A stretch of 64,000 nucleotides of DNA from NCBI GenBank assembly GCA_902624275.1, contig CACNWW010000001.1, positions 202,601 through 266,600 on the forward strand, written 5' to 3'. This document shows, in pieces, positions 28,230-37,936 of the stretch. The translations under genes were made by a program, and so were the position numbers. The stretch's first letter is position 1. Each line of letters opens with the position of its first letter. This DNA comes from an uncultured Fidelibacterota bacterium (lineage in GTDB: Bacteria > Fidelibacterota > Marinisomatia > Marinisomatales > Marinisomataceae). Below the pieces are notes generated by a model, which saw nothing but the letters and a program-made list of their open reading frames with translations, had not been told where the DNA came from and ran no database searches.

Positions 28230-31200
28230 ATGAAACATAAATCAACAAAAAACGTTAATTATAATGTGACTAAAAAAATAAGTGTTTTATTCTTTTTACT
28301 AAATCTTGTTTTTGCTCAAGATAGAATTGAGCTAAAACAAGCAGATTCTTTATCATCCATTCAAATTGATAATGAAACTATTACTTCATTAAATGGCAAC
28401 ATTATTTTCAAAAAAGGAAATCAATTTCTCTTTGGTGACAGAGCTATACAATCAAGTGATAATGCTTTAATAAAACTTTATGATAATGTAAAAATTGAAG
28501 ATGGAAATAAAATAATATTTTGCGATTCTTTATTTTTTGATACTGAAAAAGATAAAATGGAACTTCTTGGACAAGTCAGTATAAATAATGGGAATCAAAT
28601 AATTGCTTCTTCTAAAGCAAGGTTGGATAATAAAAATGAAAAAATTACACTCTTAAATAATTCAACCATTGAGGATAAAAACCAAAAAATTGAGGGTGAT
28701 TTAATTGAAGTTATTTTTGAAAAAAGTGAAATTAAATCATTAGAAGTTTTAGAAAATGGTTCCATTTTTTCTAAAAACTTTGGCTATGAAAAAGATAATA
28801 ATAACCAAAATCAATCTATTGAAAATCAAGATATACTAACTGGTAATATTATTAGTATAAGCATGAATAATAATGAAGTTTATGAAATTGAGCTTAAAGG
28901 AATGGCTTCCAGCTTTATACACTTATATGAAGATTCACTTTATCAAGGTACAAATGAAATTTCAGGAGACGAAATTATCTTACAATTAAAAAATAATAAT
29001 GCCACTGAGTTAGTATCTAATGGAGGTGTAATAGGTAAATTTATTCCTTCTTCTTCAAATTCATCAGGTCAAGACAAAGTAGATTATCGAGGAGATAGAG
29101 TAGAATTTGATACTAATTCAAGATCCTCAAAAATGTATGGGAATGCTAACATCGTTCAAGTTGGAATGGATTTAACAGCTGCTCAAATAAATCTTGACTG
29201 GAAAAGCAACATTCTAGAAGCATTTAGCACTAATGCTTTTAATGAAAATGAAAATTTAGAACCAACTTTAATTGAAAATGGTCGTGAACCAGTTTCAGGA
29301 AAATCTATGGTTTATAATATTAAAAATAGAAAAGGGAAAGTAATTGCTGGTAAAACTAAAGTACAAAATAATACTTATATCGGCACACAAATAACTACTG
29401 TTTCCGATAGCACTTTTTACATTGATGACTGCATTTTCACGTCCTGCGATCCATCAAAATTTTATATTGGAAGTAAACAGGCAAAAATTATTTATGGAGA
29501 TAAAATTATATTAAAGCCATTAAACATCGTTGTAGGAGGTGTACCAATTTTTGGTATACCAAAAGCAATCTTTCCTCATTCTAATGAAGAAAGAAGATCT
29601 GGTTGGATCATGCCATCTTTCGGTTCATCAGATAATCGAGGAAACTACTTAGATGGGCTTGGATATTATTTTGCTCCAAATGATTATTTTGGTTCTGAAA
29701 ATTCAATTATTTTTGCTGATAGACAGGGCTTAATTCTTAAATCAAAAAACCAATACAAAAATCGTTACAAATTTAGCGGTGGATTCAACTTTGAAATTCG
29801 TAAACATTTGAGCTCCTCAGAACAGGATATTGCAAAACTAAATGAAAACAACAAGACTGATTTTTCTTTAAATTGGAATCACAATCAAATTCTTCGTAAC
29901 AACCAAACACTAATATCGAATGTAAGCTATTACAGTAATGGTGAATACAATCGTGAAACAAGCATTGATCCAATCAAAAGATTAAATCAGCAAGCAATTT
30001 CTAATGCTACATACTCAAAAAGATGGAAAGATAAAAATATCTCAATGAGCGTCAATGTATCCAACAAACAAGACTTAATGTCCAAAAATAAGGTTAATAG
30101 CTCATCTTCTTTTTATCAAAATCCTACTAGTCTTTCTTCTTCAATCACAGAGAACACAAGCACGCTTCCTTCATTAAATTTTCGGGTTGGAAGAAGAAAC
30201 TTGTTTCGCAATTCAAACGCATCTTTTTTGAAAAATATTCAATGGGATTTTAATTCAAGAATTTTAAATAATTCTAAAAACTATTATCGCTCTGAAGAGT
30301 TAATGGACGAAGAAGGAGTTAGCAGTTTTCAATGGGAGCAGGATGATGATGGCAATGCTATTGCTTTTAATCAAAGTGATATGATGTTAAAAAATAAATT
30401 TAGCATTAATGCTCCATTTACTGCTTTTAAGTATGTTGCAATTAATCCAAATATTAATATTAGTTCTGACTTTGTAAATAGATTTAAAGAAGCGTCTATT
30501 AATGAAGAAAATGAAGTAGAATTGAATACAATTGATCGCTTTAAAAATAGGACTACTTCAAATTTGGCTTTATCGGTATCTACCAAAGTGTACGGCATTC
30601 TACCATTCAAGGTAGGAAATTTTCAAGCTATAAGACATGTAATGACACCAAGGATTGGATTTTCATATTCTCCTAATTATCTCAAAAATGATAATTATTT
30701 TCAGGAATTTAATGATGAATACTATGATTATTTTTCTGGAACCCTTATAGGCTCTACTCCAAGAACAAGTAGTAAAAAGATTAACATATCTCTTGGAAAT
30801 GTATTTCAAGCAAAGAGAAATACAAATAATGAAGAAGAAAAAATAGATCTTTTTTCTTTGCGTATGAATACTGGGTATGATGTAAACAAAAAAGAATTCA
30901 AGTTATCCACTTTAAATTCTTCTTTCAGAAGCAGCTTAAAAAATGGAACAAATATTGATATGAATTTTACTCATGATTTTTATGAGTTTAATAAAGAAGA
31001 AAGCATAAGAATAAATGAACTACGATCAATTCCTAGGCTCACTGGTATCAGACTTTCAACAAATTTTACATTAAAGGGTAAAATGAATGATATTCAAAAT
31101 GATAACGAATTATCAGAAGAAACAAAAAATTTCCTAAATGATTTTTCCTCGAATATTTGGCAAAGCAGAATAGGAGTGAGTTATACATTAAACAAAATTA

Positions 31201-31490
31201 ATCCGGAAAATAAAATTGAGAATTTTTGGCTTAATTCTAATACAAGTATAAATGTTACAAAAAATTGGAAATTAAATTATAATGCTAGATTTAATCTTAT
31301 AGATAATAATATTGTGCGACATAATTTGACGCTTTATCGAGAAATTGATTGTTGGGAATTATTTGTTGATTGGACCCCTAATGGATATGCTAGAGGATTA
31401 TATTTCAAATTAAACTTAAAATCAGATATGCTTCAAGATCTAAAAGTTGAACAAAAAACAGGAATCTATACTACTAGACCAAGTTTTTAG
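28230..31490 (+). CDS. lptD: LPS-assembly outer-membrane protein LptD/OstA-like
   Basis: Start taken at ATG 28230 because 28167 would overlap the divergent gene. Signal peptide ...LVFA|QD. N-terminal OstA-like repeats. C-terminal CWELFVDWTPNGYARGLYFKLNLKS motif is typical of FCB-group LptD (from memory). Confidence 0.6.
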   Translation: MKHKSTKNVNYNVTKKISVLFFLLNLVFAQDRIELKQADSLSSIQIDNETITSLNGNIIFKKGNQFLFGDRAIQSSDNALIKLYDNVKIEDGNKIIFCDSLFFDTEKDKMELLGQVSINNGNQIIASSKARLDNKNEKITLLNNSTIEDKNQKIEGDLIEVIFEKSEIKSLEVLENGSIFSKNFGYEKDNNNQNQSIENQDILTGNIISISMNNNEVYEIELKGMASSFIHLYEDSLYQGTNEISGDEIILQLKNNNATELVSNGGVIGKFIPSSSNSSGQDKVDYRGDRVEFDTNSRSSKMYGNANIVQVGMDLTAAQINLDWKSNILEAFSTNAFNENENLEPTLIENGREPVSGKSMVYNIKNRKGKVIAGKTKVQNNTYIGTQITTVSDSTFYIDDCIFTSCDPSKFYIGSKQAKIIYGDKIILKPLNIVVGGVPIFGIPKAIFPHSNEERRSGWIMPSFGSSDNRGNYLDGLGYYFAPNDYFGSENSIIFADRQGLILKSKNQYKNRYKFSGGFNFEIRKHLSSSEQDIAKLNENNKTDFSLNWNHNQILRNNQTLISNVSYYSNGEYNRETSIDPIKRLNQQAISNATYSKRWKDKNISMSVNVSNKQDLMSKNKVNSSSSFYQNPTSLSSSITENTSTLPSLNFRVGRRNLFRNSNASFLKNIQWDFNSRILNNSKNYYRSEELMDEEGVSSFQWEQDDDGNAIAFNQSDMMLKNKFSINAPFTAFKYVAINPNINISSDFVNRFKEASINEENEVELNTIDRFKNRTTSNLALSVSTKVYGILPFKVGNFQAIRHVMTPRIGFSYSPNYLKNDNYFQEFNDEYYDYFSGTLIGSTPRTSSKKINISLGNVFQAKRNTNNEEEKIDLFSLRMNTGYDVNKKEFKLSTLNSSFRSSLKNGTNIDMNFTHDFYEFNKEESIRINELRSIPRLTGIRLSTNFTLKGKMNDIQNDNELSEETKNFLNDFSSNIWQSRIGVSYTLNKINPENKIENFWLNSNTSINVTKNWKLNYNARFNLIDNNIVRHNLTLYREIDCWELFVDWTPNGYARGLYFKLNLKSDMLQDLKVEQKTGIYTTRPSF

Positions 31491-31525
31491 GTGTTATTAC
31501 TTAAAAAAATTATTAAAGTTGTTTT

Positions 31526-32749
31526 GTGAAATCAAAATTCCAGAAAATTAAAGGGACTTATGATATACTTCCGCCGGAAAGTAAAAAATGGAATACATCT
31601 ATTTCAATTCTTCAATCATTAAGCGAACAATTTGGATATAAAGAAATCAAAACTCCAATAATTGAAAATATTGATTTATTTAAACAAAATATTGGATATG
31701 AAACTGATGTTTCAAAGGAAATGTTTTCTTGGGAAGATCCTTCTGGTAATCAATTAGTTTTAAAGCCTGAAATGACTGCTCCTGTTGTTAGAGCGTACAT
31801 CGAATCAGGATTTTTTAGAAGTAAACCTTTGTGCAAACTATTTTATATTGATGCTTTATTTCGTAGAGAAAAACCGCAAAAAGGAAGACAAAGACAATTT
31901 CATCAATTTGGGATAGAAGCACTTGGATCTTCTGAGGTCGAACAAGATGTAGAGGTTATTCTTTTGGCAACAAAAATATTATATCACTTAGGCATTTCAA
32001 ATACAACTCTTCAAATAAATGATATTGGTAATTATGAAACTAGAAAAAAATATCAGGAAAAATTGAATGAATACTTTTCAGATTATAAATCTAGTCTATC
32101 AAAATTATCTCAAAATAGATTAGGAAATAACTCTTTACGCATTCTTGACAGCAAAGAAGAGGAAGACATTGAAATCATTAAAAATGCTCCATTCATTAAA
32201 GAATTTTTAACAAGGGATGAATTAAATAACTATTCATCACTTTTATCTCACTTAGATGCATTAGGAATAACTTACAAAGAAAATAGTCATTTAGTGAGAG
32301 GGCTTGACTACTACAATGGAACTACGTTCGAAATTTCAAATATGTCATCAAAATCACAAAATGCGCTTCTTGGTGGTGGAAGATATGACAATTTGGTTGA
32401 AAGCATGGGTGGTCCATCTACACCTGCTGTCGGATTTGCTGCAGGTATTGAAAGACTTTTAATTGAATCATCAACGGAGGATAAAAATGAAACAATAGAT
32501 TTTTTCATTGGTTTTGAATCTTATTCTGAAGGGGCTTTTAAGATAGCAAATCAACTAATAGATGAAGGTTATTCCATTTATATTGATACATTAAAAAAAT
32601 CTGAAAAGAATCAGTTAAAAAATGCAATTAAAATGAATGCAAGTTTTTACTTAAGATGTGATGAATCAATCAAGCTAAAAAACTTGACTTCAAAAGAAGA
32701 ATTAGTTGTAAATAATATTTCAGAGCTCAAAAAATTTATAAAATTGTAA
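31526..32749 (+). CDS. hisS: histidine--tRNA ligase
   Basis: 407 aa, GTG start. Class II motifs GTYDILP, FRREKPQKGRQRQFHQ, GGGRYDNL. Confidence 0.9.
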   Translation: MKSKFQKIKGTYDILPPESKKWNTSISILQSLSEQFGYKEIKTPIIENIDLFKQNIGYETDVSKEMFSWEDPSGNQLVLKPEMTAPVVRAYIESGFFRSKPLCKLFYIDALFRREKPQKGRQRQFHQFGIEALGSSEVEQDVEVILLATKILYHLGISNTTLQINDIGNYETRKKYQEKLNEYFSDYKSSLSKLSQNRLGNNSLRILDSKEEEDIEIIKNAPFIKEFLTRDELNNYSSLLSHLDALGITYKENSHLVRGLDYYNGTTFEISNMSSKSQNALLGGGRYDNLVESMGGPSTPAVGFAAGIERLLIESSTEDKNETIDFFIGFESYSEGAFKIANQLIDEGYSIYIDTLKKSEKNQLKNAIKMNASFYLRCDESIKLKNLTSKEELVVNNISELKKFIKL

Positions 32750-32757
32750 CCCAATAA

Positions 32758-32779
32758 TTATATTTATATATAAATATAA
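32758..32779. repeat. perfect 22-bp A/T-only palindrome TTATATTTATATATAAATATAA
   Basis: All 11 base pairs of the two arms were checked by hand. It lies 9 nt after the hisS stop and 4 nt before a TTGACA hexamer, and is followed by ATTTTT. Confidence 0.6.
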
Positions 32780-32783
32780 ATTT

Positions 32784-32813
32784 TTGACAAATACTCTTCG
32801 ATTTGTGTAAGTT
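32784..32813 (+). promoter_or_regulatory. candidate sigma70-type promoter of topA (TTGACA-N18-TAAGTT)
   Basis: TTGACA at 32784-32789 and TAAGTT at 32808-32813. The same hexamer pair occurs upstream of the TonB receptor. The predicted TSS would leave almost no leader before ATG 32824. Confidence 0.35.
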
Positions 32814-32823
32814 GCCAACCAAT

Positions 32824-35256
32824 ATGTCAAAAAATGAAAAACTATTAATTATTGTAGAGTCTCCATCAAAGACCAAAACAATATCAAAATATGTAGATAA
32901 TGCATCAGTTATTGCTAGCGTAGGTCATTTCAAAGATCTTCCAAAAAAAGATATGGGAATAGATATTGATAATGATTTTGCTATGCAAATAGAAAGTATG
33001 CCTGATAAGAAAAAGTTTCTATCTCAATTAAAAAAAGAGGTGAAAATCGCTGATCGTATTTTAATTGCCACTGACCCAGACCGTGAAGGTGAAGCAATTG
33101 CAGCAGATATTGCATCTGAAATCAAAGGAGATATTGAAAGAGTTGAATTCACTGAAATAACGAAAAAAGCTGTGTTAGAAGCAGTAAATAATTCTAGAAA
33201 AATAAATTATGATTTGGTAGATGCTCAACGTGCCAGAAGAGCTATTGACCGTATTGTTGGTTTTTCATTTTCTCCAGTACTTTGGAAAACATTAAGATCT
33301 TTAAAAAATAAAGGATTATCAGCTGGTCGTGTACAATCAGTTGCTCTAAAACTATTGGTTGATCGTGAAAAGCTTAGAAATAAGTTTATTGAAAATAAAT
33401 TTTATGCTATTGATGCAAATATTTCAGAAAAGAAAAGCGGTGAAATTTTTAAGGCATCATTAGTCTCATATAAAGGAAAACCTGTTGCTAAAAGCGATGA
33501 CTTTGGAAAATTTGACGTTGGTTTAAAAGATGACAATATTATTCAAGTAGATCAAAAATTAGCAGAACAAATAAAAGAAGAATGCAATGCTAATGATTGG
33601 TTAGTTAATAATATTGAAAGTAAACCAACTTCCAGCTCTCCAGCGCCGCCGTTCACCACAAGCACGCTACAACAAGATGCCTCAAGAAGATTTGGATTTT
33701 CTCCAAAAAGAACAATGGTAGTTGCACAAAAACTTTATGAACAAGGGCTTATTACATACATGAGGACTGATTCTACCCATCTTTCATCTGAAGCATTAAA
33801 TGCTTCCAAGAAATTTATAGAAAGCAGTTTTGGGAATGATTTTTTATCTGAAAAAACGAATATCTATAAAAATAAAGTTGCCAATGCTCAAGAAGCTCAT
33901 GAAGCTATTCGTCCAGCAGGTACAGCATTTAGGAAAGTTGAAGATGTTCAAAAAATTGGTGCTGAAGAAGCAAAGCTATATGAATTAATTTTAAATAGAA
34001 CAGTTGCCTCTCAAATGAAACCTGCAAAATATATTCGAACAAACGTTGAAATTCATAATGGAACATCTATCTTTAAAGCAAGTGGAAATGTTACAGTATT
34101 TAAAGGTTATACGTTAGCTTATGAGCAAGCTTTGACAAGAAAAGATAAAGGCAGACCTGATAGCCTACCAGGTTTAAATAAACAATCTAAAATTCAAAGC
34201 AAGGAAGTATTGCTTGAAGAAAAAACAACATCTCCTCCAAGAAGATTTTCAGAGGCTATGTTAGTTAAAGAAATGGAAACAAGAGGAATTGGAAGACCTT
34301 CTACTTACTCTGCAATTATAGAAAAATTGTCACAAAAAGAATATGTTGTGAAAAAAAATAAAACTCTAATACCAACTTTTGTTGGAATAGCTGTATCACA
34401 ACTATTAGAAAACCATTATAATGCATTATTCAATGAAAGATTTACAGCGGATATGGAAAATCGTTTGGATGCTATATCCAGATCTGAAAATTCATACTTA
34501 GAAGTATTAAAAGAATTTTATTATGGTAATAATGACTACAAAGGAGTAGCAAAATTATTAGATGAAGAAGTTGATATTGCAAAGGCATGTACAGTAAATG
34601 TAGAAAAAAATTTAGATATTAGAATCGGCAAGTTTGGTCCATATGTTCAAAAAGATGGTAATAATACAACTATTCCTGAAGATTTATTTTTTGGAGAGCT
34701 AAACAAGAAAAAATTAGACGATCTTGATAGTATGCAGAAAGAGGACAATGTTATTGGGGTCCATACTAATGGAGAAAATATTTTATTAAAAATTGGTAGA
34801 TACGGACCATATGTCGAGCTTGAAGAAAGTAAAAAAAGAAAGTCTGTTTTAAAAAGTATTGGTGTGGAAAATGTCACACAAGACATAGCTATCGAATTAT
34901 TAAGTCTTCCAAAAAAATTAGGTACTCATCCAGAGACAGATGAAGATGTTTTAGCTGATTTTGGACCATATGGTCCGTACGTTAAGTGTGGCAAAATAAA
35001 TGCATCAATGAAATCAGATGAGAGCCCATTAACAATAACATTAGAAAATGCTGTAAAGTTAATTAAAGATAGAAAGCTAAAATTTGAACCAAAAGTACTT
35101 GGCGAACATCCCAAAACTAAAAATGAGATATCAATTAAAAGGGGGCGATTTGGACCATACGTTACCGATGGAAAGAAAAATGCGTCCTTAAAAGGATATG
35201 TAGTTGATGAAGTCACTTTGGATCAAGCAGTACAATTAATCGACGAAAAATCATGA
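32824..35256 (+). CDS. topA: DNA topoisomerase I
   Basis: Toprim start LIIVESPSKTKTISKY, DPDREGEAIA, active-site region YMRTDST. Four Cys-less C-terminal repeats (GKFGPYV, GRYGPYV, GPYGPYV, GRFGPYV). Start at Met8 of the track ORF. Confidence 0.9.
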   Translation: MSKNEKLLIIVESPSKTKTISKYVDNASVIASVGHFKDLPKKDMGIDIDNDFAMQIESMPDKKKFLSQLKKEVKIADRILIATDPDREGEAIAADIASEIKGDIERVEFTEITKKAVLEAVNNSRKINYDLVDAQRARRAIDRIVGFSFSPVLWKTLRSLKNKGLSAGRVQSVALKLLVDREKLRNKFIENKFYAIDANISEKKSGEIFKASLVSYKGKPVAKSDDFGKFDVGLKDDNIIQVDQKLAEQIKEECNANDWLVNNIESKPTSSSPAPPFTTSTLQQDASRRFGFSPKRTMVVAQKLYEQGLITYMRTDSTHLSSEALNASKKFIESSFGNDFLSEKTNIYKNKVANAQEAHEAIRPAGTAFRKVEDVQKIGAEEAKLYELILNRTVASQMKPAKYIRTNVEIHNGTSIFKASGNVTVFKGYTLAYEQALTRKDKGRPDSLPGLNKQSKIQSKEVLLEEKTTSPPRRFSEAMLVKEMETRGIGRPSTYSAIIEKLSQKEYVVKKNKTLIPTFVGIAVSQLLENHYNALFNERFTADMENRLDAISRSENSYLEVLKEFYYGNNDYKGVAKLLDEEVDIAKACTVNVEKNLDIRIGKFGPYVQKDGNNTTIPEDLFFGELNKKKLDDLDSMQKEDNVIGVHTNGENILLKIGRYGPYVELEESKKRKSVLKSIGVENVTQDIAIELLSLPKKLGTHPETDEDVLADFGPYGPYVKCGKINASMKSDESPLTITLENAVKLIKDRKLKFEPKVLGEHPKTKNEISIKRGRFGPYVTDGKKNASLKGYVVDEVTLDQAVQLIDEKS

Positions 35257-35606
35257 CAAAAAATTTATATTTATTGTTTTTAAGTTCAGTTTTATTGCTT
35301 GGATTTCAATCTTCTATTGAAGAACGCTTATATAAACTTAATAGAGATCTTATGTGTCCAGTCTGTGATGGGCTGACCTTGGAGCAATCTCAAGCTGCAC
35401 CTGCCCTCGAAATGAAAGACGAAATTAAAAAAATGGTGATTCAAGGAATGTCTGATGAAGAAATCAAAAAACATTTTGTTCAAAAATATGGTATTGAAAT
35501 TCTTGCTAACCCTCCAAAAAAAGGCTTTGATACTCTAGTTTGGCTCGCACCTCTATTTTTTGGTTTTTTTGGAATAGTTTTTCTGTACAGATATATTTTT
35601 TCTTAA
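35253..35606 (+). CDS. ccmH: cytochrome c-type biogenesis protein CcmH/NrfF family
   Basis: 117 aa. Signal/anchor, LMCPVCDGLTLEQSQA (CXXC) motif, C-terminal TM helix. 4-nt overlap with the topA stop. Confidence 0.65.
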   Translation: MTKNLYLLFLSSVLLLGFQSSIEERLYKLNRDLMCPVCDGLTLEQSQAAPALEMKDEIKKMVIQGMSDEEIKKHFVQKYGIEILANPPKKGFDTLVWLAPLFFGFFGIVFLYRYIFS

Positions 35607-35618
35607 ACTCTATACAAA

Positions 35619-37055
35619 ATGAGTATAAAACATTTAGATAAAATTGTTTCTCTTTGTAAACGTAAAGGCTTTGTATTTCCAAACTCTGAGATTTATGGAG
35701 GATTAAAAGCATCTTATGACTATGGGCCTCTTGGTGTAGAATTAAAAAAAGCTATATCAGAAAAATGGTGGAAAGCTATGACTAACAATTCAAACATTGT
35801 TGGGCTTGATAGTTCTATCATGGTTCACCCAGATGTATGGGAAGCAAGTGGACATATTGCCAACTTTAATGATCCTATGACGGATAATAAGGATACCAAA
35901 AAACGTTATAGAATTGACGATTTGTTATCCCAGCAAAAAGGTAAAGTTATTGATGCCCTATGTGAAATAGTGTCTATTGAAAATAAAAATGATAGTGACA
36001 CTCTTGATAAAATAAGTCAAACTCTACTTCAAGAATCAAATAAATATAGTAATGCTTTAGAATCAGCAGAAGTTATTGATCCATTTTCAGGAAATATTGG
36101 AAAATGGACCCAAGCTACTCAGTTTAACCTAATGTTTCAGACAAATTCAGGTCCATCAGAAAAATCTGGTAAAAGTATTTATTTACGCCCTGAAACAGCT
36201 CAAGGGATTTATATTAATTATTTATTAGTTCAAAATTCTATGAGATTAAAAGTTCCATTTGGTATCGCTCAAATTGGAAAAGCCTTTAGAAATGAAATTA
36301 TTGCAAGAAATTTTATTTTTAGAACAAGAGAATTTGAGCAAATGGAAATGCAATATTTTGTTCACCCATCGGAAGACGAATCATCAATGAAGTTCTGGAA
36401 AGATAAAAGAATTAGCTTTTATTCTGAAAAATTAGGAATCAGCGAAGATAATTTAAAATTTCATCAACATTCGGAAGATGCTCTTGCTCATTATGCAAAA
36501 GATGCTTTTGATATTGAATATAATTTCCCATTTGGTTGGGGTGAAGTTGAAGGTATTCATAATAGAACAGATTTTGATTTAAAAGAGCATGAAAAATTAT
36601 CTGGGAAAAATATGATGTATTTTGATGCACTTAAAAATGAAAAATATCATCCTTTTATCATCGAAACATCTACTGGCTTAAATCGACTATTTTTAATGGT
36701 TCTTTGTGAATCTTATTATGAAGATAATGAAAATAATAGAACTGTCTTAAAACTGCCTTTTGATTTGGCTCCAAATAAAATTGTAATCTGTCCTCTGCTA
36801 AAAAAAGATGGTCTTCCTGAAAAAGCTAAAGAAATATATGATTCAATAAACACAACACATAAATGTGTGTATGATCAACAAGGCTCTATTGGAAAAAGAT
36901 ATTATAGACAAGATGAAGCAGGAACACCTTTTGGCATTACCATTGATCACGAAACCTTGGAAGATAATTCTATTACGATTAGAGAAAGAGATTCTATGGA
37001 ACAACATAGAATACCAGTTGATAACATTTTAAAATTCATTTCAGAAAATAAATAG
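35619..37055 (+). CDS. glyQS: glycine--tRNA ligase (dimeric class II form)
   Basis: 478 aa. LCKRKGFVFPNSEIYGG start, FRNEI..R.FIFRTREFEQME motif 2, GLNRL motif 3. Confidence 0.9.
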   Translation: MSIKHLDKIVSLCKRKGFVFPNSEIYGGLKASYDYGPLGVELKKAISEKWWKAMTNNSNIVGLDSSIMVHPDVWEASGHIANFNDPMTDNKDTKKRYRIDDLLSQQKGKVIDALCEIVSIENKNDSDTLDKISQTLLQESNKYSNALESAEVIDPFSGNIGKWTQATQFNLMFQTNSGPSEKSGKSIYLRPETAQGIYINYLLVQNSMRLKVPFGIAQIGKAFRNEIIARNFIFRTREFEQMEMQYFVHPSEDESSMKFWKDKRISFYSEKLGISEDNLKFHQHSEDALAHYAKDAFDIEYNFPFGWGEVEGIHNRTDFDLKEHEKLSGKNMMYFDALKNEKYHPFIIETSTGLNRLFLMVLCESYYEDNENNRTVLKLPFDLAPNKIVICPLLKKDGLPEKAKEIYDSINTTHKCVYDQQGSIGKRYYRQDEAGTPFGITIDHETLEDNSITIRERDSMEQHRIPVDNILKFISENK

Positions 37056-37069
37056 CACAGGAGAAAAGT

Positions 37070-37798
37070 ATGCGTTCTGCTAATCCAGCATTAAATAATA
37101 ACACTTTTAGAAATACAAGACGAGTTAGCGGTGAGCAAGCTATGTCTATAGATGGTACAGTAAATAAAACTGCATTAAGTCTACTTCTAGTCATGACATC
37201 TGCGATTTACACATGGAATAATCCCGAAGTTGGATTGGCTTTATTTTGGCCTGTAACTATATTTACTTTTGCTTTATTAATGATTACAATTTTTAATAAG
37301 AAATCTGCCCCAATTACGGTCCCATTATATTGTTTAGCTGAAGGATTGGTTCTAGGTGGAATCTCGGCCTATGCCAATGCATTGTATCCTGGGATTGCTA
37401 ATCAAGCGATAGCGTTAACATTTGGAATTTTGGCAGCTCTATTATTTCTATATAAAAGTAGGTTGATTGCTGCTACTGAGAATTTCAAATTAGGAGTGTT
37501 TTCTGCTACTTTTGGAATTTTAATTATATATGTATTAAATCTAATTCTATCTCTATTCGGTATATCTTTTATGGGATCATTATTTGGTAATGGATTAACA
37601 GGTATACTATTTTCCCTCTTTGTTGTAAGTATTGCATCATTAAATCTTGTACTAGATTTTGATTTTATTGAGAATGGGGCTGAAAAAGGTGCTCCAAAAT
37701 ATATGGAATGGTACGCTGCGTTTGGATTGATGATTACTCTTATTTGGCTATATGTAGAAATACTTAATCTTTTAATGAAACTTAGAAATAGAAGATAA
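37070..37798 (+). CDS. Bax inhibitor-1/YccA-like membrane protein (COG4760 type)
   Basis: 242 aa. MRSANPAL N-terminus and ~7 TM helices are typical of this family (from memory). Confidence 0.65.
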   Translation: MRSANPALNNNTFRNTRRVSGEQAMSIDGTVNKTALSLLLVMTSAIYTWNNPEVGLALFWPVTIFTFALLMITIFNKKSAPITVPLYCLAEGLVLGGISAYANALYPGIANQAIALTFGILAALLFLYKSRLIAATENFKLGVFSATFGILIIYVLNLILSLFGISFMGSLFGNGLTGILFSLFVVSIASLNLVLDFDFIENGAEKGAPKYMEWYAAFGLMITLIWLYVEILNLLMKLRNRR

Positions 37799-37820
37799 TA
37801 AATCCCTCCTCTTTAAATTA

Positions 37821-37849
37821 TTGACATATAGCCGACTTTAAACTAAGTT
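37821..37849 (+). promoter_or_regulatory. candidate sigma70-type promoter of the TonB-dependent receptor (TTGACA-N17-TAAGTT)
   Basis: TTGACA at 37821-37826 and TAAGTT at 37844-37849. An ~80-nt leader contains the imperfect hairpin TTTTGCAC...GCGCAAAA (37865-37890). AAGGA RBS before ATG 37937. Confidence 0.4.
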
Positions 37850-37936
37850 AAGCGAACAAGGGTATTTTGCACATAATTTATTGCGCAAAACGAAATGATT
37901 TATATTAATAATATGTACATAAACAAAGGAAATAAA

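Noticed and set aside
37850-37936. Possible riboswitch in the ~80-nt leader of the TonB-dependent receptor.
   Set aside because: I recognise no conserved riboswitch core (cobalamin, TPP, SAM, preQ1 and others). The only structure is one imperfect hairpin. It needs an Rfam scan and is not claimable from reading.
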